This document shows, piece after piece, positions 12,709 to 24,804 of a stretch of 64,000 nt of DNA. The first letter of the stretch is position 1, and each line of letters starts with the position of its first letter. The stretch spans positions 109,075 to 173,074 of the forward strand of contig MCFE01000096.1 of assembly GCA_002104905.1 (NCBI GenBank), read 5' to 3'. This DNA is from Basidiobolus meristosporus CBS 931.73 (lineage: Eukaryota; Fungi; Basidiobolomycota). The position numbers and the translations under genes were made by a program. The notes beneath the pieces were generated by a model, which was not told the DNA's origin, did no database searches, and saw nothing but the letters and a program-made list of their open reading frames with translations.

Positions 12709-15700
12709 ATGTCGATGCGTGGACTCACCGTGTTCATCGCGGACCTTCGAAAATGTACGCAAGTAGGTGCGGTTCGTCCCGGCAGCTCCAGTGGGCTGAT
12801 GGTTTTTGCTTCCTGTAGGCCGTGCGAGAGAACTAGAAGAGAAGCGAATCAACAAAGAGATGGCCAACATCCGTACGAAGTTTCGAGGTGAGTGTAACCC
12901 TTCTGGACCCGGAGGATTGTGGTGAACGGAATAGTGAACTGACCTCCCGGACCTTTTCGCCAGACGGAAACTTGAACGGCTACCAGAAAAAGAAGTACGT
13001 CTGCAAGCTGCTCTACATGTACATCCTCGGTTGGGACATCGACTTCGGTCACACCGAGGCGGTGAACCTGATGTGCAGCAGTAAATACAGCGAGAAACAG
13101 ATTGTAAGTTGCCGCAGCCCACCTTTCCCTCCCTTACCCCCGTTACTGAATTGGCCCTCGTGGTCACGACCTAGGGTTATCTCGCCATCACCTTGCTTCT
13201 CACCGAGAACAGCGACCTGGCAAGATTGGTGGTGAACACCTTGAGGAAGGATCTGGAGGATCTGAACGAGATCTACAACTGCCTAGGGCTGCACGCCATC
13301 GCCAACATCGGCGGTCGAGAGATGGCGGAATCTCTGGCCGGGGATGTGCAACGTCTGCTGGTGTCGAGGTAGGGTGTGTTCTGTGGCTGGGACACTTTTC
13401 TGTCCAAGGTATTGACGATTCTCTAGAAATACCAAGAGCTTTGTCAAGAAGAAGGCGGCCCTTTGTCTGCTACGTCTGTTCCGCAAGCACCCTGACGTCC
13501 TGCCGGCCACCGATTGGGCCGACCATATCCTCAGCATCATGGATTATCCTGACCTGGTAAGCAGCGACCCCCAGCCCACCCCTCTCCCCTCCTTCGACTG
13601 ACTTGCTCCCAGGGCGTCACCCTCTCATTGACCAGTTTGATCACTGCCTTGGCGCAACAATTCCCTGAAGCCTATCAGGGATGCGTGGAAAAGGCCATCC
13701 ATATACTTTACAAGGTACGTTCTGCCGAGCCCACCGGACTGCCCCCTCCCCCACTAACCGCTGTGGCCCAGTAGATCATCGTCAAGAGAGAGTACAGCCT
13801 CGAGTACGTCTACTACAAGGTGCCCATCCCTTGGCTCCAGGTCAAGCTACTCCGACTTCTTCAATACTACGCACCACCAGGTATTCCTTCGCCAGCAACG
13901 ACTCGTGCGGACCCACCCCCCCCCACTGACTGACTTCCCTTGACAGAGCAACCGGACCTGCGCAACCAGCTCAGCGGCATCCTCCAGTCGATCATCAACA
14001 ACGCCCACGACGTGCCCAAGAACATCCAACACGCCAACGCGCAGAACGCCATCCTCTTCGAGGCGATCAACCTCGCCATCAACCTTGACATCGAGTCGGA
14101 CATCGTCACCCAGGCGGCCTCCCTCCTGTGCCGGTTCATCTCCTCCAAGGAAACCAACACCCGGTACCTGGGGCTGGAGACCATGGCCCATCTGGCCTCG
14201 TATTCGGACTCGCTGGACGCGATCAAGAAGCACCAGGATATCATCATCCTCTCCCTCCGAGACAAAGACATCAGCGTGCGGAGACGGGCGCTGGACCTTC
14301 TGTACGCCATGTGCGACGTGACGAACGCCAAGACGATCGTGGGGGAGCTGCTGAGATACCTCCAGGTGGCGGACTACACCCTGCGAGAGGAGATGGCCCT
14401 CAAGATCGCCATCCTGACCGAGAAGTTCGCCGCGGACTACGAGTGGTACGTCGACACGATGCTCCAGCTCATCAGCTCCGCCGGGGACCATATCAGCGAC
14501 GAGGTGTGGTACCGAGTGGTGCAGATCATCACGAACAACGAGAATCTGCAGGAGTATGCGGTGCGCAGCATCCTCCACACCCTGAACCAGGTCAACTGCC
14601 ACGAGAACGCCCTGAGAATCGGGGGCTACGTCCTGGGCGAGTTCGGGCATCTGGTGGCGAACGAGGGTGGCTGCAGCCCGATCGAGCAGTTCCGCACCCT
14701 CCACTCCAAGTTCAACATGTGCTCGGCCTCCACCCGGGCCTTGCTGCTCTCCACCTACCTGAAGTTCGTCAACCTCTTCCCGGAGATCAAGGAGGAGGTC
14801 CTCGGGGTGTTCTACCAGTACCGGCATGTGCTCGACGTGGAGCTGCAGCAACGGGCCTGCGAGTACCTCGTCCTGGCGAACTTCCCCGACGAGGAGTTGA
14901 TCCAGACGGTGTGCGAGGAGATGCCGCCGTTCCAAGAGCGCGAGTCGGCGCTCATGTCGCGGCTGCAGAAGAAGGTGGGCGAGACCGAAGACAAGCGCAC
15001 CTGGAGCATCGCCGGCAAGGACACGGTCCGAGAGAAGAAGTTCGGCGAACTCAATGGCGCCACCAACGGACAGCAGGATCTGCTAGACCTGTTCGACAAC
15101 GCGCCCTTGCAGGGGGCCGGATCCGTCGTTGGGCCAGCCGGGGAGGTCACCGTCGACGCAGACTACGAGAACAAGTATCGCACGTTGATCTATACCTCCG
15201 AGGGGGTCCTGTACGAGGATGCCGAGGTCCAGATTGGCATCAAGTCCGAATACCACGGCCACCTGGGACGCATCGCCATCTTCCTGGGCAACAAGAGCGC
15301 CACCCACTTCACCCAGCTCAAGGTGAACGTGGACTCCATCGCCGGACTCAGCGTGGAGACCACGCAACAGGCCCCGGACTCCCTTGCCCCATACGCCCAG
15401 GCCCAGCAACTGTTGAGCGTGGAATGTCAAAACCTGTTCCAGGAGTCGGTGGGGCTGCAGCTCGCCTACCAGGGAAGCGCCATGCGTGCCCTGGAGCTCA
15501 AGCTGCCCATCGTCCTCAACAAATTCCTCGAGCCGGTGCAGATGACCGGGCCGGACTTCTTCGTCCGATGGAAGCAGATCGGCGGCCCGCCCAAGGAATC
15601 CCAGGTGGTGTTCGCCTCGAAGGAACCCATCGACATAGAGAAGGTCAAGAGGATCGCACATGGCTGCCAGTTCGGATTGCTGGATGGCGTGGATCCCAAT

Positions 15701-15980
15701 GCCAACAACCTGGTGGGCGTCAGCGTCTTCAACACTTCCCAGGCAGGGAAGGTTGGTTGTCTCCTTCGCTTGGAGCCAAGCCTCGAACAACAGGTAAGCT
15801 CAGGCCAACCCCGTCGCTCCACCACCCCCATCCTAACTAACCCATTCTCTTTCCCTCTCCCTCTCCCTTTCCCTCCACCCTCCCCTTCCCCTCTAGATGT
15901 ACCGACTGACCATCCGCACCACGAACGACCTAGTGACCTCGCAGCTCCGGGCCAACCTGCAGACCCTACTAGAATCTTAA
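12709..15980 (+). CDS. APL3: AP-2 adaptor complex alpha subunit (9 exons)
   Basis: MSMRGLTVFIADLR...KRINKEMANIR...YQKKKYVCKLLYMYILG, trunk and ear domains (KVGCLLRLEP), last exon MYRLTIRTTN...LES*. Canonical introns, e.g. 12888-12963 and 15794-15896. Confidence 0.97.
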
Positions 15981-16339
15981 ACCATCTCATTGCTCTTGAT
16001 TACTCTATATATATAACCTGCACCCACATCCAAAACTCACTCGCGCTTCCAGTAATTCCAGATCTAATAAAATCTCTGCCAACGAACCACGCTCGCCTGA
16101 TGCTGTACATGAAGGGGGTTTATTGGTTGCCTCATGGTTGAGGTTGAGGTTGGGGTTGTGTTTGTGGTGGGGAAGCATACGATACGAATCGGGGGGAGGG
16201 TAGATTAGTAAGATATAGTATTCGGGGAAGGGTGAGGGAAGAGTGGGATGAAGACTGCGTAAATGAATGATTTGCGGCAATTCCTGGATCTATTGTCTAT
16301 CACGGGGGAGGGGACGTAAGGAATGGTGGTGCGGGCAAT

Positions 16340-19300
16340 CTAGGATCTTCTGGTCTTCTTGCTAGTCTTCTTCTTGCCGCTACCGCTGACCGCGGCCGCC
16401 TCCTCCTGGGCCAACTTGGTGGCGAGTCCCGAGGTCATCTTGCGCTTCTTGCCGTCCTTGCTCTTGACGCTGACCACGGTGGATCCCTTGTTCTTGGAGA
16501 TCTGGCCGTGGGCGGCCTCCCAGTCCGCTTCATCGCCCTCGATGGCATATCTGTGGAGAGAAGGGTTAGATTCATCCAGACCACGCAAATCCCTACATGA
16601 TGTACTTACTTCTCAAGGTCGAGCGTACCGATCAACTCCTTCTGCTTCTCACGAAGCTGGTTGATCACCTCGTTACCCGCCTCACCGATGTCCTGATCCA
16701 ACGACTCTTGGACGGGGTCCCAGGCCTCCTCGTCATCCACCTTTTTGGCGGACTTGTTGACCGACTTGGACTTGGCCTGCATCAGGCTGGGGATGCTGCT
16801 CACCTCGCTCTCGATCTCCTGGGTCTTCAGCTCACGGAAACACCCGGTGACCTTGCGGATGATCTTGGTGAAGAGGGCGAGGATCTGGCTGGAGGGGAGG
16901 TTCATCTCCTTCTCGACGTCGTCGACCGACTTCCTTTGCAGCCCGATGGCGAGGAGAATGGCGCTCTGGACTCCGGAGAGCTTGACGTCCTCGCTCAGCT
17001 TGTTGGTGAAATACAAGTTGGCGATGGCTGGCAACAGATCCAAGATGACGTGGTAGTCCAGCATGTTGTTGGCGTAGGACTCTAAACGCTTGATGTCGTA
17101 CGGGCTGAATTGAGCGGAGAGCTCTTGGTAGGTGATCTTCTTGGCATCGTTCTCCTTGGTGGTGCCAGCGTGGGCGGCCTCCATGATGCTGAGCGAGAGG
17201 ACGCCCGAGAAGGATCTGAATTGGTAGGACAGCAACGACAGGAATCGCTTGTGGAAGTCTCGGGTGAAGGCGTCGAGCCATTCGGGAGAGCAGGAGGTGG
17301 CCAAGTCGTCACTCTTGAGCGCCCTCAACATCACGTTGGTGTGCTCGCCAGTGAGGTCGTTGGGCGTTTGTCTCAGATAGACTGGCACGAAGTCCGCACG
17401 CTTCCAGAATCGGTGTAGGTTCTGGGTGAGGCCGTAGGAGACACCGATGTAGTGCAGTCTTTGGGGACGCTTCTCGGAAAGCTTCAACAGCAAGGGGGGC
17501 ATCTTGCGTGGATCACGAACCTTGATCTCGTCGCTGTGGATGTTGCCCTTCTCCAGCTCCACCTTGGTGACTCGAGGCATGTTCTCCCAGTCGGCGGGGC
17601 TCTCCTCCTCGGTCAGGCTGTAGCACTCGCCCTGGTAGAATGAGATGAGCTGCTCGAGGGCGCGGGTGCCGTATCCCATCTTGGCGTAATCTGGATGGGT
17701 GGCGATACGAACGACACGGGCTCCGGACAAGCTTCCGAAATCGTCATCCTGGAACTGCTGGGAAACGAGCCATGGGATCAAATCACCGCCGCCGCGATGG
17801 CCGCGGCTCAAGCTGTTCAGAATGGTTTGCTTGGAGATCTCACCCTCGAGACAGACCTGGATGACACACAATGGGTCGGGCAGGGTGTTGTCCCCTTCCT
17901 TGACGGGGGGAAGGAGGACGAAGAGATGATGTGCTGGGGCATCGGACATCAGCTGAAGGTCGTTGGGAGAATTCTTGTAGTGGGAGGCTACGTACAGAGC
18001 CATCATTCTTTGCAGGAAAGTCTCGGACACGGGATGGTAAGAGAAAAGGGTGTCTCGGTTGACGTAGAAGAGCTCGCACTCCGAAGGGTGGGGGCAGCCC
18101 TGGATGTTCTTGGAAACGATGGTGGCGTCCAAGCACAAGAGCTTGTTCATCCACTTCTCGATGGGGTCGTTGGGAGCATAACGGATAGGCTCCTCCAACT
18201 TGATTTCCCGAAGAACGCGGGCTCCGCTGCTGGCTCCAGCCTCGCCCTCCTTCTTTGGCTTGCCGTCTCTGGAGGCCGTGGCACCCTCGTCCAGATTGTT
18301 CTTACCGGTCAATCCGCGGCTTTGCTCGCGGAGTTGCTGGATAAGCTTGAGAGAGAGGGATCTTCCGGTACCCTCATAACCATTGATGGTGGAGGCCATG
18401 AACACAAGGAAGGGACCCATGAGCTTCTTCACCAAAGGAAGGGGAATGGCAGCTGCCTCATCGATGACGAGAAGCTCAGCTTGGCCGAGGGTGTGAGCAT
18501 CCTGGGGCTGGATGTACTGGATGGTTTGGCGGTGTTGGCGGAAGATGTTGACGCGGACAATGGCTTTGTTGAAGTCGGGGTTGGTGGACTGGACGATGTC
18601 GTAGTCCAGATGCTCCTCATAGCCCAGCGAGTCGAAGCCCTTGAAAATAAACTCGAACAAGGTCTTTAAATTCTCGGGACTGGGGGAGGTGATGAAGATG
18701 TTCGAGTATCCATAAGCCACGGCAGCTGCGACAGCAATACCCAAGGCGGCGGATTTACCACGACCACGAGAAGCGGTCAGGGTGACGGTGCTGCGAAGGG
18801 TCTTCTCAGAGATGGCCTCGACGAAGGTCAAGATGGCCTTGGCCTGGTCCAAGGTTTTGGCGTTGGAGACCAAGGAGCCCACAGGCTGGGTGTCGGCCAA
18901 GGATTCTTTGAGATCCTTCAGCTCGGAGGCTCTCTCGGAGTCCTCGGAGCTGCTGTTGGGAGGCAAAGGCTTGACGTTCTTTCCCATGGAGATGGGGAGC
19001 ACGTTGAGCTCGTCGTCAATGACCAAACAGTTTTGGCAACCGCCCAGAGAAAGAATGAAACGCTCGTTGAAACGAGCAACCACGTCGTCGTGTGCCTCGG
19101 TACGATACCTGGAATGGACATCCATGGTCAAAGTATACAGCTGTTTGAGAGATTTCATGGTGCGCAAAAGCAACACAACAACACCACCACCCTCGACAGT
19201 CTCGATGGTTCTAGCGAGGAGATTAGGGGTGAGGGCCTCGAAATCCTGGAGAACACACATGCCGTAGGTGTTACCGAGAATCTTTTGTGTCTCCTTGTAG

Positions 19301-19617
19301 TATGTGTATCTAATGTTGGTCACCGAAATGAAAAGCTCGAAGGGATCTTCGGAGTTGGGCTCTCTGATGCCTCTCTTAATCTCCCTCTTAATCTTGGTCT
19401 CGCGCTTCTTACGGTGGCTGCTGAAGCCGAGGTCCTTCTTGTAGCACCAGAGTACCGAAGGTCTGGAGGAGACTTGAGCCTGGGACAACATCCAATGGAG
19501 GTTCACCACCTGATCCTTTCCTTTGTCACCGACAACAACAAAGAAGGATCTGTGCTTGTTCTGAACTCCATTCTTAATCAGGGTGTTAATACGCGAGTCA
19601 ACTACCTTCTTGACCAT
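16340..19617 (-). CDS. NAT10: RNA cytidine acetyltransferase NAT10/Kre33
   Basis: LTASRGRGKSAALG P-loop, VIDEAAAIPL, TINGYEGTGRSLSL, GNAT motif RIATHPDY...GYG. One intron at 16551-16609, then a K-rich last exon. Confidence 0.98.
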
Positions 19618-20203
19618 CTTGCCAGTGGATTCTCAAAAACGCACGAAAGGGTTGAGTGAATCGACTCGACAAACCCACCGCCTATTTCCACCAATTTTTT
19701 TCTTTTTTTTTCGAATCATTGAGTGCTTTGAGGACTTGGATTTTTTTCGGAATCCTGAGGCGCGATGGTCGAATGCGGGTTGTGGGTTGCGAGCTGTAAG
19801 CTGTGGGCGGTTGAATGCAGATTGTTGTGTCACTTCCATTACTCGCTGATCTCACCCGCAATATGTACCGCGATGGGCTCCAACAAAATCACCTCCATCG
19901 ACCATAAATCCACGTAATTCCATTTATGCGCGGTTGTTTCTAGCGATTGTTTCCACTTGGTTAGCACGCATCATCTGATTGCCGGGATCCGAGTCGATTT
20001 CTTTTTCCACATTATCTGCGCCTCATGAGCATCCTTCGGTATATTGTTTGGCTCCACGCTCCTCTGGATTGATTCAGAAAGATCCCCACCATTTCACACC
20101 AGATTCGCAGGTATCCCGTTTGAGGCTCTCTTCACCACCTTGTCCATCCCCCTTACTTATCCTTAACCGTAACTCACTTCCCACCCCAAGGATCCCTTCT
20201 AAT

Positions 20204-20947
20204 ATGGAACAAAATAACTCCAGCATGCCTGAATTCTGCATCAACAATTGCGGTTTCTATGGGTACATATCACTCTTCTGCCACGATCCGCGTCTGCCAT
20301 ACTAACCCTTCTTGTCCCACATATAGGAGCCCTATATACAACCACATGTGCTCTAAATGCTTTAAACAACTTAACGAAGAAGTCAAGACCGATAGCTCTT
20401 TGACTCTCTCGAAGCCCATCACCCCTAGCTTAGTTTCATCGGTAGACCCTCTCCCCGCCACAGCCACTGAGGTAGAGATCACTCATGAAACGCCGAATCC
20501 CATTGAGGCTTCAGTCGATGTTGCGCCAGAAATAGCTGAGCCTGTAGAGGAAAGCGTTCCAAGAAAGGTTCAAAATAACAAGGGCAGATGCTTCCTTTGC
20601 AAAGCCAAGGTAGGCTAACCTATACCACGCTCTACTTCGAACACCAGCTTAACTCACTCGCCCCCTCCTTTAGATCCCACTCGCCAAACAAACCATCAAC
20701 AAATGCAGATGCGGTAAGCGATCATTTGACGACTCCCTCTACGCACCAAAACTCACCCAACCCTAACCCTAACCCTGTCTCCGACCCACTTCTAGACTAT
20801 GTTTACTGTGATTCCCACCGCTACCCCGACAAACATGAGTGCGACTTCGACTTTGCCAGCCAGGATAGAAACATTTTGGCTAAAAACAACCCTAAACTTA
20901 ACGAGCGACATACAGGTGGTAGAAGCTTCACTCGGCTTGAAGATTAA
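20204..20947 (+). CDS. A20/AN1-type zinc finger protein (ZFAND5/6-like, 4 coding exons)
   Basis: FCINNCGFYG...MCSKC (A20-like) and RCFLCKAK...CRCDYVYCDSHRYPDKHECDFDF (AN1). Approximate introns 20262-20326, 20610-20673 and 20714-20795. Confidence 0.9.
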
Positions 20948-21356
20948 CTAGCGTAGACTAGATAGTATTTAGTATGTACCTCTATCCAATAATTTGTAGA
21001 AACGCTCTATCAATATGTTTAACCCTGGCCCCAGCCTTAGCCTAAACCCAAATATATCTTAATTAGACATGATTTGTTGTTGGTTGTAGAGTACAGATAG
21101 TTGCATCCACTTTCACACACCTAGACATCCAGGCCTGCTTAATAATACAGAAAACCCATAAATCAGGTTTAATTGGTAATCGATGTTATGCACAGCAACA
21201 AGCTAACCTGGCCACCACCACCCTCACCCCAATCGGTGAGAGGATCACCCCATACGTGTGAAATTGGGGGAGGGAATCTATGTTAACAAATGTCAAAATA
21301 ACCGGAAGTTTAGCTCGAAAGGCATCCTTGTTTTCGTACCATCCACATCAGTCAGC

Positions 21357-21636
21357 ATGCCCTCCGCCGCCGGTAACAACACCACTGCCAACCGCATTGG
21401 CCGCACCTTCTACAACACCCTTTTCAGAAGAAACTCCGTCTTCATCTCCGGCATTTTCATCGCAGCATTCGGTTTCCAGGCTGCCTACGATATCGGCTTC
21501 GACAGACTTTGGAACAACCTCAACAAAGGAGTAAGTGCCTATCATACCCTGCGGAAGCCTCCTCTCCCACTAACCAACTTGCCCCATTTAGAAACAATGG
21601 GAAGACGTCAAGCACAAGTTTGTTCAAGACGCCTAA
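21357..21636 (+). CDS. QCR9: Ubiquinol-cytochrome c reductase subunit 9
   Basis: FYNTLFRRNSVFISGIF...FDRLWNNLNKG|KQWEDVKHKF. Intron 21531-21591. Confidence 0.95.
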
Positions 21637-22339
21637 GTCGCTTTAGCTAGCTAGCACTGTAATTCATCTTTCCTTTACCAGCCCTAAACACACATTATTA
21701 AAGAACACTAGCATTAAGCCACACGCTGTTTAACACTTAATTACCACTGCATGTGATCGTTGCTCTCATAAATGAAAATATGCTTGCTGAGTCATCTGTG
21801 AATGAATCCCATCCCAAAGCTCGTCAAATAGCCAGAGGGTATGGATTCCAACGAATCAAATGAATCCACATAGCCACCGATTGAAGGGACTATCTTTTAG
21901 CCAAGGGTTAGGGTTGGCTACTCAATGGGTGTTAATCCAATCATCATAAAATCCATCTACGTACCAGGTGGCATGGCCTATCATTGGGAAACGACAAGAA
22001 AAAATTTGATCCAGGGGCCTTTTCATATTTGCGTAATCGCCCCAACCACCATCGAGTTTCTGCGTCTCCAAACGGGGAGGTATTAACGAAAAAAGCAAGG
22101 GAGAAAGGAAAAAAATTACACGGCCGCCCGGCGAAACGAGAACCCCCCCCCTCGAAGTAAAGCAACAGGAAGGTAGTACTGCACACACTGAGATCGAAAC
22201 TATCAGAGTAGATCCTGGTCACTGCCAACATCTGGTATTAACTCACTCCTTGACGTCATGCGTTAAAGGATCTTTTCCTCATCTGGGTCTTACTTTTCCT
22301 TTGTTAAGAGAGTTTTTTTACTTCAAGCTTAACGTCTCA

Positions 22340-24765
22340 ATGCCTAAAGCTAAGTTTCGATCTCGTAAGATTGATGATAAGCGTCCTCTTCCTGTCTACC
22401 GTGCCTCCGAGATCCCTGACTTTGATGAGGTAGCAAATACCCAACGAAGTGTACCACAAGTAGAAACTGGTGTAGAGAAGGAGGAGGAGGAGGTAAGCAA
22501 TACAGATCTATCTTGGATCCATTCCCTGCGGGACTCCATCTTGGCCTCATCTGGTCTGCTACGCCCGATTTTCCAAGAACCCCTTGGTTTTTCTGGTGCA
22601 ACCGATCTAGCATTCTGTTTGAGTATCCGAGTGACCCTAGCTATTGCCCCCATTGTGAATCCAAGCAACTAACAATATTTTTCGATTCGCTCTAGGAACA
22701 TCATTTACAAGCGGCCATCTCAGCCTCACAGGCAGCTAGAACGGGAGATGCCGCACCCTTATATATTCCCACGCCCGATGCTTCCAAGCAAATCGGTGGC
22801 TATGAACTTTTATACAAAAAAGTGTTCCACCAGCCTAGCACGTTCATTCGATTTTCAGCTAGTGTTGAGGATTCCACCGGGTGTCCATATAACCTAGATG
22901 AAATCGATGACGAGTGGCTGGTGAATTTCAACAAGAAGGCCTCGGAAGATAAGAAACTTACGGAAGACCAGTTTGAGAGTGTCATGTACATATTTGAAAG
23001 CGCAGCCAACGACAAAGTAAATACCCATTTATTTTGTTAGGAGATCATGTAAATAAATACCTTGTCCTTGGTTTTCTGATTCTAAACATTTTCAAGTACA
23101 ACTCAGCTATTCCGTCTTACGAAGATATGGTGGCGTTTTCCACGAACAGTCCCTTGGCCTACGCGAACGCACTCGAACAGCCGATGCACCCAGCTGCCTC
23201 GGCAATCTACGATCACTGGAAAGAAAGGAGGGTGGCAAACAACGGCCAGTCCATCACACCGGTCTTGAAGGTGACTTGGTTGCTGTGTGAAGGTGTTGCG
23301 TATCGATGCACTCATTAACACTGCCGGTTTCTTGTAGGTCAACGAAATCCTCAATGAGTCGGATCCCTATGTTTGTTTCCGCAGAAGAGAGATTAAATCC
23401 ACTCGGAAGACCCGCCGAACAGACGCGCAGTCTCACGAAAAGCTGTCCAAGCTCCGACATGAGTTGTACATGGTCAAGGAGCTACTTCACGAGGTGTGCT
23501 CCAGGGAAAAGATGCGCAAGGAGTCCTTGGTTTTGGAACGCTTGATATTCGACCAGAAATGCCTTGTCCGTGAGCACAGGAGACTTGCCGGCTTCACTAA
23601 CGAGGTTGAGGAGAGCTATCTGGTGCACAAGGTATGTTGTGTTCGGATATACTTTATGTTGATCCGCCCACTTATCGAGTTCGTTTTAGAAAAAGAGCAA
23701 AGAAAAGACGATGCCTCCAAGTGACCCACGGTACGTAATCAATTTCGCCTTCTTCGACTCTTTCTGTTTTCTCCCGGATCCGTCATTTATATTTCAAGTT
23801 TAGATCGTTAATATCAAAACCAATTCATTATAGTGCAACGATCACCATTCCTCTTCGTAAAATCAAGGCCATCGAGGGTAATGAGAGCTCAACAAGTCCT
23901 AGCCCGAAGCCTAAGAGCTTCTCCAATCAGATCGGGAAGAACCTCAAGCTGGTTGGTGAGTTGCTAAGGCGGAAGGAGGCAGCGAACTCCTGGGTAGACA
24001 TCACTGAGGTACAGATTCCCATCGCAAGGACGCATCGGCATTCATGTTCTCACCATTTCACCGTAGAGCCCGTTTCAACCACTCGATGGTCTCCAGCCCT
24101 CCAGCTACTTCAGGCCAGCGTCTAATCACCATGGTGGACGCTTCCGGTGCCGTTTTGGTCGAGGCGGTCGGATGTTTATCGATCGTAAAAGGCCACGTGT
24201 TGCTTCCGGAGACGACGAGAGAGTCTGGCAAAAGTACAAGTACGATGAGGACACCAGTGATCAGGAGTCAGTCAACTACGACGATCTTTATGACAAGTAA
24301 GCCCATTTGCCCACGAATTTCGCCCATGATCCCTTACTCACCAATCCATTCTTCTCGGAGTGCAGATTGATTGATTTTCGCGCGGGATTGTACGCCGAAT
24401 CCATCACCAATCTATCTTCAGGTGCCATTCAACACGGCACTGCTCCATCCTCGCTGAATGGTAATCAGATTAGGCGTGTCAATGGTCTTAAGCTCAATCC
24501 ATCGAATCTTAAAACGAGTAATATCAGTATAGTAAGAAAGAACAGCTCCTCGAAAGCTGTCAAATCGGCCGAGTTGTCAAATACTAGTGTCCATGGGAAT
24601 GTGAATGGCGGCAGCTCCAAAATGGGTATTGGGAGCGGTAGCAGTAACGGTCACGGTAACGGGCTTATGTATAACGCGAGGCTGGCAAGTGGGGGACACC
24701 CAGGCGAAACTCCGACGTTACCATCATCGTCAAGAGTCAAGATTGATATGGATTCGGTGACTTGA
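22340..24765 (+). CDS. EPL1: Enhancer of polycomb-like protein (NuA4 subunit), multi-exon
   Basis: FRSRKID...LPVY...VETGVEKEEE|EHHLQAAI...YIPTP...YNLDEIDDEWL...DPYVCFRRRE, ...RRGRGGRMFIDR. Canonical introns. Confidence 0.93.
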
Positions 24766-24804
24766 GCAAACCCAACTACTAGATAACCGCGGCTGTTGTG
24801 TTTC

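Noticed and set aside
13847-19659. Long antisense and alternate-frame ORFs (362, 570, 324, 235 aa etc.) over AP-2 alpha and NAT10
   Set aside because: Expected shadows of high-GC3 coding sequence, with no recognisable motifs.
20755-20780. CCCTAACCCTAACCCT telomere-like run
   Set aside because: It lies at the branch-point position of an intron (CTAAC consensus) in the zinc-finger gene.
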